Origin: Minisyncoccota bacterium
GTDB lineage: Bacteria > Patescibacteriota > Minisyncoccia > Phycocordibacterales > UBA2100
Assembly: GCA_035500505.1 (NCBI GenBank)
Contig: DATJXE010000005.1
Coordinates: forward strand, 318 to 64,317
DNA: 64,000 nucleotides
Direction of reading: 5' to 3'
Numbering within the stretch: the stretch's first letter is position 1; the number at the start of each line of letters is the position of its first letter. The notes under the pieces were generated by a model. The model was not told the origin of the DNA. It ran no database searches and saw only the letters and a program-made list of their open reading frames with translations. The position numbers were made by a program, and so were the translations under genes. Shown in pieces: positions 1 to 9,273 of the stretch.

Positions 1-1452
1 GAGCGTGTAGCCGAGCGATTCTATTTCCTTGCGCAGCTTGTCGGCGTTCGCCCAATCTTTTTCCTTGCGAGCGCCGTCGCGCGCGGAGAGAAGCGTTCGG
101 ATACGTTCCGGAATGGCGTCTTCTTCAACGAGCACGCCGAATTGTTTCATCCACAGCGCCTCCGCGACCGGGTCATCCTTGTCGAGTCCGAGGCCGAACA
201 AACGATCCGCATCCAAGATACCCGCTTTCAGGGTTTCTTTCGTAAGTTCCTCGTCGCGGAGCATTTCCCACATGGCAGCGAGGGCTCCGGACGTATCAAG
301 GTCGTCATTGGCGCGTTCATGCCAGCGTGCGCGATACATTTCTGGCGGCGTGCCGGCGCCTATATTCTTGAGTGAGTCGATAGAGCGGCGCAGTCTCAAG
401 AACGCGTTCTGCGCCGCCTCTAACGCTTCCCATGAGAAATTCGACGGCGAGCGGTAGTGCGCGTTGAGAAAAAGGTAGCGCAACGAAAGAGGGGAGTAGC
501 CACGTTCGATCACCTCGGAAAGGTACACGACATTGCCTTCGGACTTCGCTATCTTCGAACCTCCGATCTGCACGTGGGCGCGGTGTATCCAAAATCTCGA
601 CAACGGCTTTTTGCCGGTCGCGCTTTCCGATTGCGCTATCTCGTTGTTGTGATGGACCGGGATGTGCTCGATGCCGCCGGTGTGAATGTCTATCTGCTTG
701 CCGAGCGTCGCATTTATCATCGCCGAGCATTCGATGTGCCAGCCGGGAAAACCTTTGCCCCAGGGCGAATCCCAACCGAGTTTCGCATCTTTCTTCCAGA
801 GGACGAAATCGGTCGGATGATGCTTCTCTTCGCTCACCGCCACTCGCGCACCTTCTTTGAGGCCTTCGAGATCGACACCGCCCAGCTCTCCATAGGCAGG
901 GAAGCGGGAAGTGTCGAAATACACGGCTTCTTTGCCTTCGTAGGCGTAGCCTTTCTCGAGAAGCGTTTGCACAAGCGCTATTTCGGCCTTGATGTAGGCG
1001 CTTGCGCGGGGGAATTCGACACGGGATGTATCCACATTGAGCGCGCGCAAGTCCTCGAGGAATACTGCCGTGTATTTCTCGCCGAGCTTGAGCATGTTCT
1101 CCATGGTCACGGCCATTTTTTCCTGCCGGAGGCCCTTGGTCATTTTGTCCTCGCCCTCGTCCGCATCGGAGGAAAGATGCCCGAAATCGGTTATGTTGAT
1201 GACCTGCTTCACCTCGAAGCCGTTGTACTCGAGCACACGCCGGAGGGTGTCGGCGAAGACGAACATCGAGAGATTGCCGATGTGCTGCCGCGCGTACACC
1301 GTCGGCCCGCAGTTGTACATGCGGACCGTATGCGCCCGAGCGGGCATCGTGAACTCCTGCTTCGCGCCGCCCAGCGTGTTGAAGAAATAGAGCGGGCGGG
1401 CGTTGCGCGCGGACGAAGAGATGCGGCCAAAGAAACGCTTGAACGGCCACAT
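1..1452 (-). CDS. cysS: Cysteine--tRNA ligase (3' end runs off window)
   Basis: Not in the ORF track. Manual minus-strand translation from ATG 1452: MWPFKRFFG...LYFFNTLGGAKQEF...RMYNCGPTVYARQHIGN; KMSKS-like KIAKS; C-terminal ARKEKDWANADKLRKEIESLGYTL at the window edge. Confidence 0.95.
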   Translation of the reverse strand, partial: MWPFKRFFGRISSSARNARPLYFFNTLGGAKQEFTMPARAHTVRMYNCGPTVYARQHIGNLSMFVFADTLRRVLEYNGFEVKQVINITDFGHLSSDADEGEDKMTKGLRQEKMAVTMENMLKLGEKYTAVFLEDLRALNVDTSRVEFPRASAYIKAEIALVQTLLEKGYAYEGKEAVYFDTSRFPAYGELGGVDLEGLKEGARVAVSEEKHHPTDFVLWKKDAKLGWDSPWGKGFPGWHIECSAMINATLGKQIDIHTGGIEHIPVHHNNEIAQSESATGKKPLSRFWIHRAHVQIGGSKIAKSEGNVVYLSEVIERGYSPLSLRYLFLNAHYRSPSNFSWEALEAAQNAFLRLRRSIDSLKNIGAGTPPEMYRARWHERANDDLDTSGALAAMWEMLRDEELTKETLKAGILDADRLFGLGLDKDDPVAEALWMKQFGVLVEEDAIPERIRTLLSARDGARKEKDWANADKLRKEIESLGYTL

Positions 1453-1453
1453 A

Positions 1454-2365
1454 TCAGAGCCACTCCTTACGCTTAAAGTACGCGAACATGCAGATCGACG
1501 CGATGATCATGCCGCCGACGATGATCCACCAATCGTAGGAGAGTCCCACGATGGGCGTGCTCTTGGTGTCCATGCTGAAGATGGCGGCGATGAGCGTCAA
1601 CGGAAAAGTCGTGAACGCGAGGATGGTGAAGCGCTTCATCGTCTCGTTCTGCTTGGTCGAGAGGAGGGAGTTGTTGGTCTCGCGCAGCTCGTGGAGGAAT
1701 TCGGTGTGGCGCATGACGTGGTTGTGGACCCGATAGTACTCGTTGGAGAGCGCGCGCAGGTAGGGGAGGAAGGGTTCGCCGAAGAACGCGGCGCCTTCTT
1801 CTTCGAGTGTGTGGAGGATCTCGCGGTGCGGTTCTATCGTCTGGCGCAGATTCAAGAGATCGCGCGCGCTTCTTGATATGGCCTCGACCATCCGTACCTC
1901 ATGCCCGGAAAAAATGTGTTCCTCGATGACGCCCAGATCGTGCTTCACGTACTCGACCTCGTGCTCGATGGAGCGGTACAGTTTTTTGAGCATGAAAAAG
2001 AACATGAAGCCCGCGTGGTCGCCGATGTTGCTTTCGGCGAGGACGGAATTCACTTCGAGCACTTTCGAGAACTTGTGGAGCGGGTCGACGGTGTCGTAGC
2101 GGGTCGTGATGATGAAGCGTTTCCCAACGATGAAATCGATCTCCTGTTCGTGGGTTTTGTGTGAGTGATAGAGAGCCGGAAAGTGCATGACGATGTAAGC
2201 GTATGCCGGGTGGAATTCGGCGCGCGGCTTCGTTACCGGCAAGAGTAGTTCTTCCGCGACCAATGACTCCAATTGGAATTCCTCGGCTATCGCGCGTATC
2301 TCGTCGCGCGACGGCGACTCAAGGTCAACCCAGATGAGGCCGCCATGCTCGTAGCGGGATTGCAT
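1454..2365 (-). CDS. CorA-family divalent cation transporter
   Basis: WVDLESP N-terminus, long helical region, QNETMKRFT and two C-terminal TM helices. Loop reads SMD instead of GMN. Start placed at MQSRY behind TATACT. Confidence 0.85.
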   Translation of the reverse strand: MQSRYEHGGLIWVDLESPSRDEIRAIAEEFQLESLVAEELLLPVTKPRAEFHPAYAYIVMHFPALYHSHKTHEQEIDFIVGKRFIITTRYDTVDPLHKFSKVLEVNSVLAESNIGDHAGFMFFFMLKKLYRSIEHEVEYVKHDLGVIEEHIFSGHEVRMVEAISRSARDLLNLRQTIEPHREILHTLEEEGAAFFGEPFLPYLRALSNEYYRVHNHVMRHTEFLHELRETNNSLLSTKQNETMKRFTILAFTTFPLTLIAAIFSMDTKSTPIVGLSYDWWIIVGGMIIASICMFAYFKRKEWL

Positions 2366-2423
2366 GGGGAAAGTATACCATGTGCTCTCGCATATATGGC
2401 TCTCCTGTGCGATAATGCCGCGA

Positions 2424-3704
2424 ATGAACGACAACACGCATACCTTCAGACACATTGTCGTGCTTGCCGGGTGCGGCATCTTCTTGGTCCTTGTCGGATT
2501 CGGCGCGGGCTTTTTCGTTGAGCAAGAACGCACGACGAGCGGCGCTATCGCGGATGCACAAGAACCGCAGGGCGTCGATTTCTCGCCCGTGTGGAAAGCC
2601 TGGCACCTCATCGAACAAGACTACGTTCCGGTGGCTGTCGCCTCATCGACCCCTATAGCGACCTCTTCGCCGGATGTCGCCCAGCAGGAAGTGTGGGGCA
2701 TGATAACGGGACTTGCTGATTCCTTGAACGATCCTTATACCTACTTCTTGCCTCCGACGGAGAATCAGCAGTTCTCTTCGGACATGAGCGGCACGTTCGA
2801 CGGCGTCGGCATGGAAGTAGACGTCAAGAATGGCCAGCTTGTCGTCATCTCGCCGCTCAAAGGAACCCCTGCGGACAAGGCTGGCATCAAAGCGGGCGAC
2901 TTCATTCTTTCGATAGACGGCACTTCGACCGTCGACATGGACGTGACGACCGCCGTACAAGACATTCGCGGCCCCAAGGGCACGCAGGTGACGCTTACGA
3001 TACAGCGCTCCGGCTGGAGCGCTCCGCGCGACATCAAGGTGACACGCGACACGATAAGCGTACCTGAAGTCGAGGTTACCGCGCGTCCCGATGGCATTTT
3101 CGTTATCTCAATTGCGGAATTTACCGCCAACTCGCCGGACCTGTTCCGCACCGCGCTGCGCAAGTTCGTCGAAAGCGGCGACACGAAGCTCGTGCTTGAT
3201 CTGCGTGGGAACCCGGGCGGTTACCTCGACGCGGCGGTTGATGTGGCAAGCTACTTCCTTCCTGCAAGCGACACGATAGTCACGGAAGACTACGACGGCC
3301 ACCAAGGGAATATCGTGCACAAATCCTATGGATATGATGTCTTCGACAGTAACTTGAAGATGGTAGTGCTCGTGGACAAGGGCTCGGCCTCGGCCGCAGA
3401 GATCCTCGCAGATGCGCTGCGGTACTGGGGTGTGGCGCAGCTCGTGGGCACCAACACCTACGGCAAGGGTTCCGTCCAGGAACTCCTTCCGATAACCTCT
3501 GACACGAACCTGAAGATAACGGTCGCGCGCTGGCTCGGCCCCGGCGGCAGCCCGATCCCGACCTCGGGCATCGTTCCCGACGTTGAAGTCAACCTGACCG
3601 ATGCCGACATCTCGGCCGGGAACGACGCACAAATGAAAAAAGCAGTCCAGCTACTCGGCGGCGATCCGAATGCTGCGACGAGCACGCCCGAGGCCGTGCA
3701 GTAG
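2424..3704 (+). CDS. S41 C-terminal processing peptidase (PDZ-containing)
   Basis: N-terminal TM, DPYT, FDGVG-PDZ, LDLRGNPGG, SASAAE, TYGKGSVQ motifs. Confidence 0.93.
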   Translation: MNDNTHTFRHIVVLAGCGIFLVLVGFGAGFFVEQERTTSGAIADAQEPQGVDFSPVWKAWHLIEQDYVPVAVASSTPIATSSPDVAQQEVWGMITGLADSLNDPYTYFLPPTENQQFSSDMSGTFDGVGMEVDVKNGQLVVISPLKGTPADKAGIKAGDFILSIDGTSTVDMDVTTAVQDIRGPKGTQVTLTIQRSGWSAPRDIKVTRDTISVPEVEVTARPDGIFVISIAEFTANSPDLFRTALRKFVESGDTKLVLDLRGNPGGYLDAAVDVASYFLPASDTIVTEDYDGHQGNIVHKSYGYDVFDSNLKMVVLVDKGSASAAEILADALRYWGVAQLVGTNTYGKGSVQELLPITSDTNLKITVARWLGPGGSPIPTSGIVPDVEVNLTDADISAGNDAQMKKAVQLLGGDPNAATSTPEAVQ

Positions 3705-3705
3705 T

Positions 3706-4152
3706 ATGAAAGTCATTCTGCTCAAGGACGTGGGCGGGGTAGGGCAGCGCGGGCAGGTAAAGGACATTGCCGACGGCTACGCGCTCAACTACCTCATTCC
3801 CTCCGGCGCAGCCGCGCAGGCGACCCCCGAGAAGGTCGCGGCGCACGAAGCGGCCCAGAAAAAAGAAGGGGAGCTCAAGGAAGCACAGCAGCAAGAGCTC
3901 ACCGAGAAAGTGAACAGCCTCGAAGGTGGGCGCATCGAGATATCTGCGCGCGCCACGGAAAAAGGCGGGCTCTTTAAGTCACTCGGCGTCGCTGATATCC
4001 AAAAATCAATTCAGGTTCAAAAAAATATAGATATCCCCGCATCCGCTATTGGGCTGGAGAAACCCATCAAGGAGTTGGGGGAGCATGTGGTGCAACTAAA
4101 AACGCCGGGCGCGCAGGCCCGGCTCACGGTAGTCGTCAAAGAGTCGGACTAA
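3706..4152 (+). CDS. rplI: 50S ribosomal protein L9
   Basis: MKVILLKDV...GYALNYLIP; C-terminal PIKELGEH. Confidence 0.95.
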   Translation: MKVILLKDVGGVGQRGQVKDIADGYALNYLIPSGAAAQATPEKVAAHEAAQKKEGELKEAQQQELTEKVNSLEGGRIEISARATEKGGLFKSLGVADIQKSIQVQKNIDIPASAIGLEKPIKELGEHVVQLKTPGAQARLTVVVKESD

Positions 4153-4421
4153 ACCACTTCGACGAGGCGTCGGGTGGAAGAGCGGCCATCGAAATCCTTT
4201 TTGCGTACGTTGCGGAAGCGCACGACGCCTTCGGCGAGCGCGAAGAGCGTGTGGTCCTTGCCGACGCCGATCCTGCGGCCCGGCAATATTTTGGTACCGC
4301 GCTGGCGCACGATGATCTCTCCGATAGCGACTTTCTGCCCGTCGCCGCGCTTGACGCCGAGGTACTTCGGATTCGAATCTCGTAGGTTGCGCGCTGTTCC
4401 GCCTGCTTTGGTATGTGCCAT
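4149..4421 (-). CDS. rpmA: 50S ribosomal protein L27
   Basis: MAHTKAGG...[11 protein letters not shown]...IIVRQRGT...GKDHTLFAL. Confidence 0.97.
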   Translation of the reverse strand: MAHTKAGGTARNLRDSNPKYLGVKRGDGQKVAIGEIIVRQRGTKILPGRRIGVGKDHTLFALAEGVVRFRNVRKKDFDGRSSTRRLVEVV

Positions 4422-4438
4422 AGAGGTATGCTGTACTG

Positions 4439-4804
4439 GTGAACGGGGTCACTATACAGGCTTTTTTGGCCCACTGCAAGGGCCTTTTGGAGGACGGGGT
4501 AGGGCAGTGGGGGCTGGTTTTGCTCGTATTTCTGGTGGGAATAGGGGCATATGGCCTTGGGCGGCTTTCGGCGCTTGAAGAGGTAAAACCGCCCGTCTCG
4601 GTAGCCCAGGCTCCGCAGGAGGCGGACATTCCCGCGCTTCCGCCCGGCGGTTTCGTCGTCGCTTCGCGCACGGGTTCCGTGTACTACCTACCATGGTGCT
4701 CGGGCGCGCAGAAGATCGCAGCAGGGAATCAGGTGTGGTTCGGGAGCGAAGCGGCCGCGCAAAAGGCCGGCTACGCGCCTTCGAAAACCTGCAAAGGACT
4801 CTAG
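4439..4804 (+). CDS. Membrane-anchored protein with Ada-like metal-binding C-terminal domain
   Basis: One TM helix, then [14 protein letters not shown]...[17 protein letters not shown] pattern. Confidence 0.65.
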   Translation: MNGVTIQAFLAHCKGLLEDGVGQWGLVLLVFLVGIGAYGLGRLSALEEVKPPVSVAQAPQEADIPALPPGGFVVASRTGSVYYLPWCSGAQKIAAGNQVWFGSEAAAQKAGYAPSKTCKGL

Positions 4805-4848
4805 TCGCCGCTATGGCGACCCGCCGTGAAGGCGGGTACAATAGCCCC

Positions 4849-5442
4849 ATGCTGGTCGTCGACGTCGAAGCTTCCGGGGTGGAGCCGTGGAAACACTCCA
4901 TCGTCTCTCTCGGCGCGCTCGACCTATCGAATCCGAGCAACCGTTTCTACGAGGAATGCCGCGTGTGGGACGGCGCGCACATCATGGACGAGGCGCTGCA
5001 GGTCAATGGCTTCACCAAAGAGCAAATAATGGACAAAAAGAAGCAAAGTGAGGCGGATCTCATCCATGCGTTTTTGCATTGGAGCGAAGGGGTGGAGGAG
5101 CGCACGCTCGCGGGCCAGAATGTTTCGTTCGACAGAGATTTTCTCCGCCACGCGGCGGAACGAGCCGGTCACACCGACTGGCCGTTTGCCTACCGCACAC
5201 TCGACACGCACACGATGGCCTACATGCACATGATAGAAAGGGGACTGCAGCCGCCGGTCAAACACCGCCGGAGCGCTCTCGATCTCGACGCCGTTCTCAA
5301 CTATTGCGGCATCCCCGAAGAACCAACACCCCACAACGCCCTCACCGGCGCACTCTCGCACGCTGAAGTTATTTCGCGCCTCCTATTCCATCGAAAACTT
5401 TTGCCTGAGTTCACGCAGTTCGATATTCCCTGGAAGAAGTAA
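4849..5442 (+). CDS. DEDDh-family 3'-5' exonuclease
   Basis: Motif I DVEAS, motif II NVSFD, LDT, motif III HNALTG. ATG is 6 nt after TACAAT. Confidence 0.85.
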   Translation: MLVVDVEASGVEPWKHSIVSLGALDLSNPSNRFYEECRVWDGAHIMDEALQVNGFTKEQIMDKKKQSEADLIHAFLHWSEGVEERTLAGQNVSFDRDFLRHAAERAGHTDWPFAYRTLDTHTMAYMHMIERGLQPPVKHRRSALDLDAVLNYCGIPEEPTPHNALTGALSHAEVISRLLFHRKLLPEFTQFDIPWKK

Positions 5443-5540
5443 AAAAGAGGTAACTGACAAACGAAACGTTCTGTTGTGCTAAAAGCGACATCAAGTATTG
5501 CGCCGTGAAGGGGAGGGGATTTGGAGGCGACCCAGATCAC

Positions 5541-5711
5541 TCAAAAGACCGTGACGTCGTTGAATGCAAAAGCCATCAACACGATGGTCAAGCCGTTCAA
5601 GACTATCAATACCAAGACGTTTTGCCAGCGCTGGGGCAGGGGATTTCTCAAGATGTAGATCGTGTAGATAATCGCAACGATCGCCGCGCCGATGAAGTTT
5701 CCTCGTATCAT
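5541..5711 (-). CDS. Small 2-TM hypothetical protein (56 aa)
   Basis: Below the ORF-track cutoff. MIRGNFIGAAIVAIIYTIYILRNPLPQRWQNVLVLIVLNGLTIVLMAFAFNDVTVF; TACAAT 6 nt upstream. Confidence 0.6.
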   Translation of the reverse strand: MIRGNFIGAAIVAIIYTIYILRNPLPQRWQNVLVLIVLNGLTIVLMAFAFNDVTVF

Positions 5712-5772
5712 CGGCTCATTGTATCACGCCTCTCGTAAAGTCGTAGGGTCCGGAAGTGCTATACTAGGAGAT

Positions 5773-5955
5773 ATGAACAAACGACCGCTTTATGTGTACG
5801 TAATTGGGGTTGCCGTTGTGTGGGCAGCGATTCTCATTGCCTCATGGTCTGGAATCATCTGGACACCCTTCAGTTCGGTTGTCGCAGTGTGTGCAGGCTT
5901 TTCCCTCGGGATGCTCGCGATGTATATCGCGGTTCACATCTACCGGTGGAAATAA
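5773..5955 (+). CDS. Small 2-TM hypothetical protein (60 aa)
   Basis: MNKRPLYVYVIG...IAVHIYRWK; TATACT and AGGAG directly upstream. Confidence 0.7.
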   Translation: MNKRPLYVYVIGVAVVWAAILIASWSGIIWTPFSSVVAVCAGFSLGMLAMYIAVHIYRWK

Positions 5956-6328
5956 CTTTTCCGCCGATAACATAAGAAGAGGGGGGGGGTTACTTCTCGG
6001 TCATCCTTGCTGCCTGTAGCTATAGGGGAAACTATATTAATAACTTCGCACAATATATCTTTTGCGAAGTATATACTTCGGCAAAGGGGTGCTCATGCCC
6101 CTTGAGGAGTGCTTGTAACACGCGATCGGATATTTGATGAAAGCTCGTGGATTCTCCATCGCTACTGTTCCGATGATATTCGCGAGTATTCTCATTACGA
6201 GGGCAATTCTGTTCGGTACCTCATGAGAAATAGGATGGGCTTTGTGTATAGTTCCCTACTCAATGAGCTTGACTATACATGGTTTTAGTTTTAAAATACA
6301 AGGCAGCTAATAACATAGCGGGGATACA

Positions 6329-6916
6329 ATGAACTTCATGTACGACTACCACGCGATGCTCGGCGCGCTTGCGTTGGTCGTCGGCGTGGCGGGATACGTG
6401 CCTTACATCAGGGACACCCTGAAAGGTAGCACGAAGCCTCATCCATTCACCTACGGCATTTGGGCGTTCGTGGGGGCGATCTCATTCGTAGCACAGATCC
6501 TGAATAACGCCGGGCCAGGCGCCTGGGTATCGGGAATCCCGGTCCTGTTCGGCATCATCGTCGCGATTCTTTCCGTAAGAAAGGGCGAACCTCCCACCAA
6601 GCGCGACTTGAAGTTTCTAGCGGGGGCGCTTGCTGCGATCGTCATTTGGCGGCTCACGGACGACGCGCTGTACGCGGTATTGATCGTAATCGTGATCAAC
6701 GTGTTTGCCGTTATTCCGACGTTCCGAAAAGCCTACGGGAAACCCGATGAAGAAACCGCCTTATCGTACTCGCTCGGCGCATTGAGGAGTGTCATTTCGA
6801 TTCCGGCGCTCCTCAGTTTCAACGCAGTGACGCTCCTGCCTCCCATCTGCAACATAGTGTCAAATGTGGCACTCGTCTCAATGTTGCTGATCCGCAGGAA
6901 AAGTCTGAGGCGGTAA
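6329..6916 (+). CDS. Multi-TM hypothetical membrane protein with internal two-fold repeat
   Basis: About 7 hydrophobic helices; PYIRDTLKG.TKP and PTFRKAY.KP repeats resemble a PQ-loop-like topology. Confidence 0.75.
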   Translation: MNFMYDYHAMLGALALVVGVAGYVPYIRDTLKGSTKPHPFTYGIWAFVGAISFVAQILNNAGPGAWVSGIPVLFGIIVAILSVRKGEPPTKRDLKFLAGALAAIVIWRLTDDALYAVLIVIVINVFAVIPTFRKAYGKPDEETALSYSLGALRSVISIPALLSFNAVTLLPPICNIVSNVALVSMLLIRRKSLRR

Positions 6917-6940
6917 GGAAACGTCCCTATACGAAATCTC

Positions 6941-6975
6941 CCGGCAGAGCCGCAACGCTCTGCCGGAATTTCTTT
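6941..6975 (+). terminator. Putative intrinsic terminator
   Basis: CCGGCAGAGC-cgcaac-GCTCTGCCGG followed by AATTTCTTT. Confidence 0.7.
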
Positions 6976-7251
6976 ATGTATTACGTGTATTAGTCCTGTA
7001 AAACGTGGTGTCTTTTCGAGGCGCCTTTATGTATGGGGTTGCTCGTTGGCTCAAACGCGGAGTGTGACTATGTACATACAGACGGTTGACCTACCGTAAT
7101 TCTTGGAACACTATGCATACAGGTCACGCATCTTGGCCTGAGGTTATAAAACCACCTCAATAGAGTTCTCCTTCTGACAATGATGCCTCCCTGGGGCCCC
7201 GGAACCGTGATGCGACGGTTTTCGGGGCCCAACTCTTTGTATAATCGATAC

Positions 7252-7902
7252 ATGTACTGGAAAAGGCTCAACGCTCTCCTGTCCCCTGCCGAAAAGCGGA
7301 TTTTTGAGAGGTTGGATAGCCCAGAGAAGATACAGGACTATCTGGATCCTCTAGGGGTCAATTTTGAGATGTCTGGAGAGACCTACATGTCTCCCAGGCG
7401 GGTTTTAAAGGCCAAAAAGGCCCATTGCTTCGAGGGGGCGCTCCTTGCGGCCGCGATACTGGCTTACCACGGCCAAAAGCCCCTTTTGCTCGATTTTAGG
7501 ACGATTCCCGCCGAGGACGACCATGTTGTCGCACTATTCTATCGGAATGGCCGCTGGGGCGCGATAAGCAAGACCAATCACTACATGCTGCGGTATCGCG
7601 ACGCCGTGTACGAGAGCGTCCGCGAGCTCGCGATGTCGTATTTCCATGAGTATTTTTTGAGGACCGGAAAGAAGTCTATGCTCGCGTATTCCGCACCGTT
7701 CGATCTTTCCACATACGCTCCCGAGCGCTGGGTCGTTGCCGAAAAAGACCTCGACTGGCTTGCCGAGGCTATCGACAACTCAAAGCACTTCCCTATCGCG
7801 CCGAAAAAAAACATGCGGCGTTTGCGAAAAGCGTCAGATGTGGAACAGAAAGCACTCAAAGTCCACGGACAAAAGCCGCCCAAAGGATACAAGGAGAGTT
7901 GA
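7252..7902 (+). CDS. Hypothetical protein, possible transglutaminase/cysteine-protease fold
   Basis: AHCFEGALLAAA...DDHVVALF...WGAISKTN; TATAAT 6 nt upstream. Confidence 0.7.
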   Translation: MYWKRLNALLSPAEKRIFERLDSPEKIQDYLDPLGVNFEMSGETYMSPRRVLKAKKAHCFEGALLAAAILAYHGQKPLLLDFRTIPAEDDHVVALFYRNGRWGAISKTNHYMLRYRDAVYESVRELAMSYFHEYFLRTGKKSMLAYSAPFDLSTYAPERWVVAEKDLDWLAEAIDNSKHFPIAPKKNMRRLRKASDVEQKALKVHGQKPPKGYKES

Positions 7903-9273
7903 TCATTGCGTGTCGTCAATGAAATTGGTCGCTGGCAGGTAGTTCAAGGGGTTCAGGTAGCCCGAGACTGGCGGCACCGGCATGGTCGCCTTGGAGCACG
8001 GCGCGGTCCCCTTTGTCGCTTGACCCAGTTGGATTATCTGCGTCACTGAGGAAACGTACACGCCGAAGTGCAGGTGAGGTCCCGTCGCGTAACCCGTTTC
8101 GCCGCTGAACCCGATAACGTCCCCTGTCGAAACTTGTTGTCCTTGCGTCACGCTTATCTGCGAGAGGTGCGCGTACATCGTATTGAGGCCATTGTTGTGC
8201 TCGATCATGACCCACTTGCCGAAGCTGTAGCAGCCTTTGACGAGGTCAGTGTTGCCGGTCGCGAGGATGGTGCCCGAGAGCGCAGCATGCACGGGTGTCC
8301 CGATGGGGGCCGCGATGTCGAGGCCGTTGTGTCCGTTGCCGCTGTAAAGAGCTTCGTGCGCGTTGGCAAAGGGCGTGTTGCCGAAATACTGCGTGATGCG
8401 GAGGGTGCCGTATATCGGCCACTGCAAAATGCCAGGCGTCGGGGCGAGGATCTGGTTCGGGTTCACCGCCTGGTTGTATTGCGCCTTAAGGTTCGTCAGT
8501 TCTTCCTGCAACTCCTGTTGCTGCGCCTTTTTCTGCGCGATGATGGATTGGTAGGTGGCTTCTTGTGATTTGGTTTGGGCCAGGAGCTGGCTCTGTGCGT
8601 TTTTTGTTGCCGAGAGCGAGCCTTGCTGTGTAAGAAGGGTCTGCTGTTGCGCCTTGAGTTGCGCGTTTTTCTGCTCTTGTGCGGTCTTCTTGTCGTTCAG
8701 CGATTGTTTGTGAGCAGAAAGATTCTGGATGTCGACGCCGACGGCAGCGTTCAGCGTTTCGATGTCGTGCACGTCCTGCCACGCATCCGAAAGACCGTTG
8801 GAAGACAACAAGGTTATCGAGAGTGGCTGGACCTCCGCCTCGTCGAGTTCTCGAAGCGCCTGCGCGAGCCCTCGCTGTTCGTCCGCTATCGAACTTTGGT
8901 CGCTCGCGATACCGTCGGAGAGCTGTTGTATCTGCAGTTGCGTCGTATTTATCTGCGTTTTCGTCAGGTTGATAGAGGCGGTCGTCTTTTTGATGGAAGT
9001 ATTGAGCTGCGAGATCGTGTTCTGCAGCGTCTGGCTTTTTTTCGAAGCCGCGTCGAGCTCGGTCTGGTATTGGGCGATTTCGGTATTGAGCTGGTTTATT
9101 TGCGCGTTGTTGGAGTCTATTTTGGCCTGGATGTCGGACGGGCTTGCGGGCGTCGTTTGCGCGAATGCGATGCCGGTCGCCGCCGCGAAGAGCGCCGCAG
9201 CGAGAACAAAACGCGTGCTTCTCGCGATGCGTCGTTGCGTTCCGGTTTTGTACGTCATGGGCTCCAACGTCAT
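7903..9273 (-). CDS. Coiled-coil M23 peptidoglycan endopeptidase (EnvC/CwlO-like architecture)
   Basis: Signal peptide, long Gln-rich coiled coil, HNGLD and HLH M23 motifs. Confidence 0.92.
   Translation of the reverse strand: MTLEPMTYKTGTQRRIARSTRFVLAAALFAAATGIAFAQTTPASPSDIQAKIDSNNAQINQLNTEIAQYQTELDAASKKSQTLQNTISQLNTSIKKTTASINLTKTQINTTQLQIQQLSDGIASDQSSIADEQRGLAQALRELDEAEVQPLSITLLSSNGLSDAWQDVHDIETLNAAVGVDIQNLSAHKQSLNDKKTAQEQKNAQLKAQQQTLLTQQGSLSATKNAQSQLLAQTKSQEATYQSIIAQKKAQQQELQEELTNLKAQYNQAVNPNQILAPTPGILQWPIYGTLRITQYFGNTPFANAHEALYSGNGHNGLDIAAPIGTPVHAALSGTILATGNTDLVKGCYSFGKWVMIEHNNGLNTMYAHLSQISVTQGQQVSTGDVIGFSGETGYATGPHLHFGVYVSSVTQIIQLGQATKGTAPCSKATMPVPPVSGYLNPLNYLPATNFIDDTQ

Noticed and set aside
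317-1476. Long ORFs 317-1450(-) and 457-1476(+)
   Set aside because: Off-frame and antisense shadows of cysS, whose true frame lacks a stop in the window. Similar shadow ORFs throughout reflect high GC3.
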